In this document: piece after piece, positions 9,689 through 16,913 of the stretch
Position numbering within the stretch: position 1 is the first letter of the stretch
Layout of the letters: each line of letters begins with the position of its first letter
Source: Faecousia sp.
GTDB lineage: Bacteria; Bacillota; Clostridia; Oscillospirales; Oscillospiraceae
NCBI GenBank assembly: GCA_045540575.1
Contig: JAZQHM010000005.1
Coordinates: 7,210 to 71,209, forward strand
Length of the DNA stretch: 64,000 bases
Reading direction: 5' to 3'
Made by a program: the position numbers and the translations under genes
The notes under the pieces: model-generated
Databases searched by the model: none
Seen by the model: the letters and a program-made list of their open reading frames with translations, nothing else
Told to the model about the DNA's origin: nothing

Positions 9689-10900
9689 ATGAAACTGAGA
9701 ATTTCCGAGCCTACCATGATCTCCATGGGACCTGACAGCCGAACCGCCGGCTGGGGACCTTACCAGTTCCCCGAGCTTCAGGTGCTGGACGACGGAAGAC
9801 TCTACTGCGTATTTAATGACCGCCCGGATTCCGAGGTCGCCTACGGCACGGAGCGCCCCTGCTTTGTCAGCGCAGATAAGGGACAAACCTGGGAGCGCGT
9901 CAAGGAAAGCGACTACGATCTGCAATACGGTGTAACCATCGCAAACGGCGATACGCTGCGCTTTGACGAGCAAACCACCATTCCGCTGGAAAATATCGAC
10001 CTTTCCCAGTATGACAAAACCGGCAAGGTAGGTCATATCGAGCGCAAGGAGCAGACCTTCTATCGGGTGGATGAACTCAGCCGGGATCTTTGTCCCGACA
10101 CATGGATCTCCCATCGCGTCAAAAAAGGTGAAACAGAAGCGATCCTTGCGCCGGTAAAGATGAACTGGCCCAACCAGCTGACCCGTGCGGCACGGGGCGT
10201 ATTGGTTCCGCCTCAGCCCCAGTGCCGGCTGCGCATGGGACCCGATGGCAGACTTTGGATGCCCCACTATGCCATCACTTTGGATCCCGTCACGGGAGAA
10301 TTCCGCAGCCATCTTGCGAACTTACTGTTTTGTTCGGAGGATAACGGCTATTCCTGGGAGCTGATGCACTACCTTCCCTTCATCCCCCAAAACGAAACAG
10401 AAGACCGCTACGAAGGCTTCGGCGAAAATGACATCGGTTTTGCCCCCGACGGCAGCTTGCTTCGCATTATCCGCACCAGCGGTCTTTACCCCCGTACCAA
10501 AGAGCCCTGCTTCTACGGTCCTACCTACATCGTCCATTCGACAGACGGCGGCAAAACATGGACAGATCCCGCGTACTTTGACGACCGCGGCGTATGGCCC
10601 ACCCTGCTGACACTGGATTGCGGTGTAACGCTGTGCGGCTATGGCAGACCCGGCTTCTTTATCCGTGCTACCGACGATCCGTCCTGCCAAAAATGGGAGG
10701 ATCGTATTGAGATCGTTCATTCCGATGGCGGTCCGGAGCCGTTTTACGGCTGCGTTTTCCACAAGGCCACCTGCAGCTACTGCGATCTGAAAGCACTTGA
10801 CGATCATACCGCAGCGCTGGTGTATTCGGACTTTACCATTTTGGAAAATGAGATACCCCGCAAGTGCATGATGTTCCGCACGATTACAGTGGAAGACTAA
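9689..10900 (+). CDS. Asp-box (BNR) sialidase-fold protein, copy 1, cytoplasmic
   Basis: Asp-boxes SADKGQTW, SEDNGYSW and STDGGKTW; C-terminal TCSY; no signal peptide. Confidence 0.8.
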   Translation: MKLRISEPTMISMGPDSRTAGWGPYQFPELQVLDDGRLYCVFNDRPDSEVAYGTERPCFVSADKGQTWERVKESDYDLQYGVTIANGDTLRFDEQTTIPLENIDLSQYDKTGKVGHIERKEQTFYRVDELSRDLCPDTWISHRVKKGETEAILAPVKMNWPNQLTRAARGVLVPPQPQCRLRMGPDGRLWMPHYAITLDPVTGEFRSHLANLLFCSEDNGYSWELMHYLPFIPQNETEDRYEGFGENDIGFAPDGSLLRIIRTSGLYPRTKEPCFYGPTYIVHSTDGGKTWTDPAYFDDRGVWPTLLTLDCGVTLCGYGRPGFFIRATDDPSCQKWEDRIEIVHSDGGPEPFYGCVFHKATCSYCDLKALDDHTAALVYSDFTILENEIPRKCMMFRTITVED

Positions 10901-10905
10901 TTTGC

Positions 10906-10935
10906 AAAGTCCCCTGCGTAGGCAGGGGACTTTTT
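10906..10935 (+). terminator. Intrinsic terminator ending the regulator-aldolase-PIG-L-BNR operon
   Basis: AAAGTCCCCTGC-GTAG-GCAGGGGACTTTTT. Confidence 0.85.
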
Positions 10936-10979
10936 ATGCTTTTGTGACATTCATAGCAGAAAAACGACCCACGTTCCCA

Positions 10980-11008
10980 TTGTAAATGTGACGCACATTT
11001 GATATGAT
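10980..11008 (+). promoter_or_regulatory. sigma-A promoter of PIG-L copy 2 with an embedded dyad
   Basis: TTGTAA-17 nt-TATGAT (TG extended). The spacer contains AAATGTG-ACG-CACATTT. Confidence 0.55.
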
Positions 11009-11040
11009 TTCTACAGAAATACTATTTAAGGAGCGTTATT

Positions 11041-11907
11041 ATGAGAGAAAAGCTTACCATCTTAGTTGTCGGCGGACATCCTGCTGACGTATTCGACCAC
11101 TGCGGCGGTACAATGGCGCACCATATTGAGCAGGGCGACCATGTGGTTTGTCTGGCGCTGACTCAGGGTCTGCGTATCCACGACATTGTTATCTCCGAAA
11201 AGTACCGCACCGGTATTCCCGAAGACGAAATTGAGGAATTTGAGCGCGTCTGTCAAGAGCGTGCTGCTGCCAAAGAGCAGGAAGTTAAGGACGCTTGCGC
11301 CCATTTGGGCATCACCGATGTGCGCTTTTTGAGCTATGACGAAGAGGTCATGCTGGAGACTGTTCCCATGATCAAGGCGGTTGCTGCCGTTATCCGTGAT
11401 GTCAAGCCCAACATTGTTATCACCCACTACCCCTACGAAGAGGGCGGTGTCGGTAACCACCATGCCACCACCGGCAAGATCGTCAACCACGCTGTGGAGC
11501 TGGCAACCACCACCGACTACGAAAACAACATTCCCGCATGGCGCACCGCACAGCAGTTCTACATGATCCCCGACCTGATGAATCAGACCAGAGACCTGCT
11601 GGGTACTATGCACATGCCCTTCATCCCCTTCTATGTGGACATCACCGATGTAGTCGAGAGAAAGCTTAAGGCACTTGAGTGCATGGTCAGTCAGCAGTAT
11701 GTTGGCGAATATGCCCGCAAGGTCATTGAAGTTGGTAACGGCGGTATGGGTCACATGATGCGCACCGCTTACGCTGAAGGTTTTGTGCCCGTCCACCCCG
11801 ACCTGTACCACACCCTGCCCATCTCCCAGCAGCGCCTTGACTGGGCAAACGAGATGGAGATCGAGACCCGCACCCGCGGTGGCAAAATGATCATTCCCTA
11901 CATCTAA
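11041..11907 (+). CDS. PIG-L/LmbE-family metalloenzyme, copy 2
   Basis: Same length (288 aa) as 8811..9677, with long identical stretches. Confidence 0.85.
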   Translation: MREKLTILVVGGHPADVFDHCGGTMAHHIEQGDHVVCLALTQGLRIHDIVISEKYRTGIPEDEIEEFERVCQERAAAKEQEVKDACAHLGITDVRFLSYDEEVMLETVPMIKAVAAVIRDVKPNIVITHYPYEEGGVGNHHATTGKIVNHAVELATTTDYENNIPAWRTAQQFYMIPDLMNQTRDLLGTMHMPFIPFYVDITDVVERKLKALECMVSQQYVGEYARKVIEVGNGGMGHMMRTAYAEGFVPVHPDLYHTLPISQQRLDWANEMEIETRTRGGKMIIPYI

Positions 11908-11914
11908 GCTTCAT

Positions 11915-11944
11915 AAAAGCACCTTGCCGGAGCAAGGTGCTTTT
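11915..11944 (+). terminator. Intrinsic terminator between PIG-L copy 2 and BNR copy 2
   Basis: AAAAGCACCTTGC-CGGA-GCAAGGTGCTTTT. Confidence 0.8.
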
Positions 11945-11947
11945 CCC

Positions 11948-11976
11948 TTGCAATTTTCAGATGTATCTGCTATGAT
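11948..11976 (+). promoter_or_regulatory. sigma-A promoter of BNR copy 2
   Basis: TTGCAA-17 nt-TATGAT with a TG extension. Confidence 0.6.
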
Positions 11977-12004
11977 GCAGATAGCTTATTTGGGAGGATG
12001 TGCC

Positions 12005-13219
12005 ATGAAACTAAACATTTCCGATCCGATTTTGATTTCCATGGGTCCCGACAGCCGAAAAGCAGGCTGGGGCCCTTACCAGTTCCCGGAGATGAAGCTT
12101 CTGCCCGACGGGCGGCTTCTGGTTCTGTTTAACGACCGTTTGGACTCCGAGACCGTATTCGGCACAGAGCGCCGCTGCTTTGTCAGCGCGGACAAGGGTA
12201 AAACCTGGGTAGAAGACAAAGAATCCAATTTCGCAAGTGAAAACGGCATTCTTCTCCCCAACGGCGACCGCGTCCGTTTCGAAGAACTGACCTCCATCCC
12301 CGTGGAAAACATCGACTTTTCCGGTATCGAGAGTCTGGGCAATACCGGCCATATCGAGCATAAGGAGCAGGAGTTTTATCGGGTTGAAGATATCAGCCGT
12401 GACATCTGCGCTGACACATGGATGATCCACCGTGTAAAAAAAGGCGAAACGGAGTGCAAGCTGGAGCCGGTGGTGCTGAACTGGCCTCATAAGTCTTTGC
12501 GTGTTTGCCGGGGTGTGCTGATTCGTTTGATGCCCGATGCCCGTCTGCGTATTGCCCCCGACGGCACCCTTTGGGTCCCTCACTACTGCGTGGGTCTGGA
12601 CCCCAACACCGGCGAATTCCGCCCCTATGACAGCAACTACCTGTTCTGCTCCAAGGATAACGGCTACACCTGGGATTTAAAGCACTATATGCCCTTTACC
12701 CCCACCAACGAGACCGAAGCCAACTATGAAGGCTTCAGCGAAAATGATATCGGTTTTGCCCCCGACGGCAGCTTGATTCGCGTCACCCGCACATTCGGCA
12801 TGTATCCAAGAACGGAAAAGCCTTGCGTATACGGTCCTACCTACATCACCCGTTCTGAGGATAATGGCGAAACCTGGTCTGAGCCGGAGGTCTTTGATGA
12901 CCGGGGCTGCTGGCCTACCCTGCTGACCTTAAAATGCGGTGTTACGCTGTGTGGTTACGGAAGACCCGGCTTCTTTATCCGTCCCTCCTTTGACCCCGCC
13001 TGCAAAAAGTGGGAAGACCGGATCGAGATCGTCCATTCTTCCGGCGAAGGTGAGCCCTATGTGGGCTGCGTACATACCAAGGCAACCTGCAGCTATTGCG
13101 ATATGGTCGCCATTGACGATCGTACCGCCGGACTTGTTTACAGTGACTTTACCGTTGAAGACGAGGACGGTAATCCCAGAAAGTGCATGATGTTCCGCAC
13201 CATAACAGTTGAAGATTAA
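12005..13219 (+). CDS. Asp-box (BNR) sialidase-fold protein, copy 2, cytoplasmic
   Basis: Paralog of 9689..10900 (MGPDSR.AGWGPYQFPE, SADKGKTW, SKDNGYTW, SEDNGETW, KCMMFRTITVED); GGAGG RBS before ATG 12005. Confidence 0.8.
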   Translation: MKLNISDPILISMGPDSRKAGWGPYQFPEMKLLPDGRLLVLFNDRLDSETVFGTERRCFVSADKGKTWVEDKESNFASENGILLPNGDRVRFEELTSIPVENIDFSGIESLGNTGHIEHKEQEFYRVEDISRDICADTWMIHRVKKGETECKLEPVVLNWPHKSLRVCRGVLIRLMPDARLRIAPDGTLWVPHYCVGLDPNTGEFRPYDSNYLFCSKDNGYTWDLKHYMPFTPTNETEANYEGFSENDIGFAPDGSLIRVTRTFGMYPRTEKPCVYGPTYITRSEDNGETWSEPEVFDDRGCWPTLLTLKCGVTLCGYGRPGFFIRPSFDPACKKWEDRIEIVHSSGEGEPYVGCVHTKATCSYCDMVAIDDRTAGLVYSDFTVEDEDGNPRKCMMFRTITVED

Positions 13220-13222
13220 CTG

Positions 13223-13254
13223 AAAAACCACCTTGCTTTTGCAAGGTGGTTTTT
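13223..13254. terminator. Bidirectional intrinsic terminator
   Basis: AAAAACCACCTTGC-TTTT-GCAAGGTGGTTTTT between convergent genes. Confidence 0.85.
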
Positions 13255-14218
13255 AATTTTGATATCGGATTTGTTGCTCTTTGATCAGCGGATATCGGTA
13301 CAACGCACTGCTGTTCAAATCCAAGCGATGCATATCCACAGCGGTGATCTGATGGTTTTCGTAAGTGGTGTAATAGTATATCCCTTTATCCGTGTTGCAA
13401 CAAGAGGTATAGATCGTGATCTCATATTCCCCGGACTTTACCTCGCAGCAGCCCCGCTGCTGGTCAACCGAGCCCAAGATATGAAAGAACTGGCTGACGC
13501 TTTCCGCTTCCGAAGCACCGGAAACGGAATTCCTTTTTACAAAGCTCGCCCTTACAAAGCGGGATGCAGAAGAAAGATCACCGGGCAGTCCAACCGCTCC
13601 CATTCCCCTGCTATACGCGTCCTTCGAAACACCGGAAGATGCAGGCTCCTTTGGGGAAAGGCTTTTGTAATTTTCCAGCTGCTGCAGCTGCTTTTCAAAG
13701 GGCGGATTGTTGGTCAGCACCCCCACCGGGTTGTCGTACACCTTCAGTCCCTCCGCCACCGCTTCCACAGTGATGGCAGAATCCTTGTCCGCAATGAGCC
13801 AGTGCAGCTGAGAAACCGGCAGTTCGGCGCTGAATGGGGTATCTGTCAGATTGATCTTTTCCAGCAGACATCTTACTTCTTCCACAGTGGCGCACTGCCC
13901 TAAGATCCAGGGAATGAACTCAAACTGGGCGATATTGTTCTTCCCCTCTTTGCACTTTCCGTAGACCGCATTGCCCACAAAGTTCAGCCCCGCCATAGCA
14001 AGACCTTTTTCGTTCACCGCATCATAATACAGCGGGTACTCCTGCTGAACATAAGCCATACCAATGATAGCATAGTGGCTTTCCAATCCGTCCATGTGGC
14101 GAAAGGATAAGGGGAAATTCCGAGGTGTTACCGTAACCTCCTCTGCATAGGAAAAATCATAATCCAATGTCCTGCCAAAGTAAAAATCCTTCGTCTTATA
14201 GGTTGCAGCTGTACACAT
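13253..14218 (-). CDS. bsh: Choloylglycine hydrolase (bile salt hydrolase, Ntn family)
   Basis: MCTAATY..FGRTLD (N-terminal Cys nucleophile), AVNEKGL, VLTNNPPF and GLPGDLSSASRF motifs. Confidence 0.9.
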   Translation of the reverse strand: MCTAATYKTKDFYFGRTLDYDFSYAEEVTVTPRNFPLSFRHMDGLESHYAIIGMAYVQQEYPLYYDAVNEKGLAMAGLNFVGNAVYGKCKEGKNNIAQFEFIPWILGQCATVEEVRCLLEKINLTDTPFSAELPVSQLHWLIADKDSAITVEAVAEGLKVYDNPVGVLTNNPPFEKQLQQLENYKSLSPKEPASSGVSKDAYSRGMGAVGLPGDLSSASRFVRASFVKRNSVSGASEAESVSQFFHILGSVDQQRGCCEVKSGEYEITIYTSCCNTDKGIYYYTTYENHQITAVDMHRLDLNSSALYRYPLIKEQQIRYQN

Positions 14219-14275
14219 ACCTTTCACCCCTTTGTGGCTAGTATACCCACCCTACAGCCGGGCTAACCATTGATG

Positions 14276-15367
14276 TTATCTTTTCAGATGCTTATCCGCA
14301 AAGTCCATGTAATACGCCCAATCAGAATGGGTAATATTGTGGTCGATGGCAGTGCGGTGATAAGCGATCATGCCATCATGATAGGCTTTGCCGATCTCGA
14401 TGGTCTCTTCTGCCACAAGACCTTTTAAGCCATAAAGCTCGTACGCTTTCGATGCAAGCCGGGCGCTTTTCAGCTCCGCATCCGGATCTGCCCAAATGTC
14501 CAGCCTATCGCTTTTGACATACAACGGTCTCGGTGCAATGGCTGCCAAAAGCATATGCTGATCAACCGGCAGCATTTCTTCCCGATCGTCATATTTACGG
14601 TAGTTGTCGCAGAACCAGTCGCTGACATTGATATCCTTAATTTTTTCGCCCTGCTTCCCTCTTGTATAAGCTGCGCCGGCAGTACCGGAGCTGTTGGAAA
14701 TCACAAGCTTAAAGCGCGTATCTGTCGCGCCAGCCCACAAAGCCACCTTGCCGCCCCGGGAATGACCGATGGCTGCCACATTTTCATGGTCAATGTCCGG
14801 ATCTGACTCCATATAGTCCAGAATTCTGCTGAAACCAAACGCCCAGCCGGAAATCGTCGCCCAGGAGCGGTGGGTGCGGTGGGCGCTGTTGGGCTGCATA
14901 GCCTTAAAAACACCCTGCTTGAATTCGGATTTATGCTGCCAGTCCGGACTGACGGGATACACAGGCATCGCCGCCAGCGCATAACCTCTGGCTGCGATCT
15001 GCGTTGCGGAGAAAAAGTCCGGATCAGCGGTCTGCTCCGGATCCCATCTGCGCATTTGCGATTCCAGTACGGGATATACAAAGGCAGGCACCGGCTTTTC
15101 AGAATCCGGCAGGTAAAGATGTACCGGAAAGACAACATCGTTGACTTTAATCTCAATTTCTTTATAGGTAAGCTTCGTTCCCAGCCAGTTTTTCTCGCAA
15201 CGCTTCACGAGAAATTCTTGCCTGTCCGGCATTTCATATGGTCTTGCGCCATACACAAAATCTTCCAAAAGCATCATGATTTCCGGTCTGCGGAAACGCT
15301 CCCAATCCTCTACGGTTTCGATTTTGCAGCCGGAAAGAGATGTCATAATATCCATGCGGTCATCCAT
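14276..15367 (-). CDS. CE15-like glucuronoyl esterase (alpha/beta hydrolase), cytoplasmic
   Basis: GHSRGGK nucleophile elbow, WATISGWAFG, LPVDQHMLLAAIAPRPLY and D.WADP motifs. Confidence 0.8.
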   Translation of the reverse strand: MDDRMDIMTSLSGCKIETVEDWERFRRPEIMMLLEDFVYGARPYEMPDRQEFLVKRCEKNWLGTKLTYKEIEIKVNDVVFPVHLYLPDSEKPVPAFVYPVLESQMRRWDPEQTADPDFFSATQIAARGYALAAMPVYPVSPDWQHKSEFKQGVFKAMQPNSAHRTHRSWATISGWAFGFSRILDYMESDPDIDHENVAAIGHSRGGKVALWAGATDTRFKLVISNSSGTAGAAYTRGKQGEKIKDINVSDWFCDNYRKYDDREEMLPVDQHMLLAAIAPRPLYVKSDRLDIWADPDAELKSARLASKAYELYGLKGLVAEETIEIGKAYHDGMIAYHRTAIDHNITHSDWAYYMDFADKHLKR

Positions 15368-15471
15368 AACGCTTCCCTCCAATCCATTGATGTCTTCATT
15401 TTAGCATATCAAGCAAAAAAGAGATATATAAAAAAGGTAACTATTTCGTAAATTTTTGCGCCAATTTGACA

Positions 15472-15500
15472 TAGACACCACATAAAACATCTTATATAAT
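15472..15500 (+). promoter_or_regulatory. sigma-A promoter of the oxidoreductase gene
   Basis: TAGACA-17 nt-TATAAT. Confidence 0.55.
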
Positions 15501-15531
15501 AGCTATATACAATACCAAGGGAGGTTATCCT

Positions 15532-16815
15532 ATGGGCAAACAACTTACCGCTATTGTGATCGGTGCCGGTGGCAGAGGTCAGCTTTATTCCGGAATTATC
15601 AAGGGTATTCCCGAAAAGATCAAGATCGTCGCTGTTGCCGAGCCCGTCGACAGCCGCAGAAATAACATTCGTGACAAGCACGATATTCCCGAAAACATGT
15701 GCTTCAGCGACAGCAAGGATCTGCTGGCACTGGGTAAGATCGCGGATATCGCCATCATTTCCACCATGGATCGCTACCATTTAGAGCCGACTATGGCTGC
15801 CATTTCACTACATTATGACATCCTTTTGGAAAAGCCCGTAGCACCTACCCCTGAGGAATGCGAAAAGATCGCACAGCATGCGGAAAAGAACGGCGTTAAG
15901 ATCGTGGTTTGCCATGTTCTGCGCTACACACCTTTCTTTATCACAATTAAGCAGCTGATCAACGACGGCGTGCTGGGCGATATCATCTCTATCAACCATG
16001 AAGAGTGCGTCGGTCATGTGCATCAGAGCCACAGCTTCGTCCGGGGAAACTGGGGTAATTCTCAGCGCTCTTCCAATATGCTGCTGCAGAAATCCTGCCA
16101 CGATATGGACATCCTGCAATGGCTCATCGGAAAAAAGTGCAAAAAAGTACAATCTTTCGGCTCATTGTCCCATTTCAAGCGGGAAAATGCGCCTGCCGGC
16201 GCACCGGAGCGCTGCATCGACGGCTGTCCTTATGGCGAAACATGCCCTTATAATGCCGTTAAGCTTTACTATGACGACAAGAATAACGAATGGTTCCGGG
16301 ACGCCTGCACCGGCGAACGTCTGCCTTCCGATGAAACTGTGGAAAAGGCACTGCGCACCAATATGTACGGCATGTGCGTGTATAAGTGCGACAATGATGT
16401 CGTCGACCATCAAACAGTAAATCTTCTTTTTGAAGATAATATCACCGTTACCTTCACCATGTGCGCCTTCAATAAGGGTGGTCGACATATCCACATCATG
16501 GGCACCAAGGGCGAGCTTCGCGCCTCTCTTGACAGCAACGAAAAGCCCATTGTGGTCTACGATTTGGAAACCGACACCTATAAGGAGTATGCAACTACCG
16601 GCAAAGACGGTCTGCAAAACGGTCACGGCGGCGGCGACAAGGGCATCATCTACTCTTTGTATGATTACCTGGTCGGCGAATACAACGGCTTCTCCATTTC
16701 GGATATCCGCACATCTGTTGATAACCACCACATTGTCTTCGCAGCCGAAAAAGCCCGCGAAACCGGCACTGTAGTGGATCTTGATTCTTATATTGCAACC
16801 TTAGATCTTGGCTAA
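15532..16815 (+). CDS. Gfo/Idh/MocA oxidoreductase (YteT-like subfamily)
   Basis: IGAGGRG, LLEKP, HSFVRGNW, KSCHDMD and GHGGGD motifs. Confidence 0.9.
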   Translation: MGKQLTAIVIGAGGRGQLYSGIIKGIPEKIKIVAVAEPVDSRRNNIRDKHDIPENMCFSDSKDLLALGKIADIAIISTMDRYHLEPTMAAISLHYDILLEKPVAPTPEECEKIAQHAEKNGVKIVVCHVLRYTPFFITIKQLINDGVLGDIISINHEECVGHVHQSHSFVRGNWGNSQRSSNMLLQKSCHDMDILQWLIGKKCKKVQSFGSLSHFKRENAPAGAPERCIDGCPYGETCPYNAVKLYYDDKNNEWFRDACTGERLPSDETVEKALRTNMYGMCVYKCDNDVVDHQTVNLLFEDNITVTFTMCAFNKGGRHIHIMGTKGELRASLDSNEKPIVVYDLETDTYKEYATTGKDGLQNGHGGGDKGIIYSLYDYLVGEYNGFSISDIRTSVDNHHIVFAAEKARETGTVVDLDSYIATLDLG

Positions 16816-16826
16816 ATACCGTACAT

Positions 16827-16855
16827 AAAAGCCTCCCCATTACGGGGAGGCTTTT
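16827..16855 (+). terminator. Intrinsic terminator
   Basis: AAAAGCCTCCCC-ATTAC-GGGGAGGCTTTT. Confidence 0.85.
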
Positions 16856-16875
16856 ACCATACTCTTTCATATAGT

Positions 16876-16903
16876 AAGGCGCGCTGCGAAAGCAGCGCGC
16901 CTT
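16876..16903 (-). terminator. Hairpin terminating the giant gene
   Basis: AAGGCGCGCTGC-GAAA-GCAGCGCGCCTT, 10 nt from the stop at 16914. Confidence 0.75.
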
Positions 16904-16913
16904 GTTTTGGGGT

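Noticed and set aside
9689-13219. Canonical nan sialic-acid cluster (nanH)
   Set aside because: No (F/Y)RIP motif and no nanA/E/K or sialic acid transporter, so the gene symbol is withheld.
8811-13219. Duplication caused by a mobile element or pure misassembly
   Set aside because: No transposase, integrase or terminal repeats are present, and the copies differ at many synonymous and non-synonymous sites.
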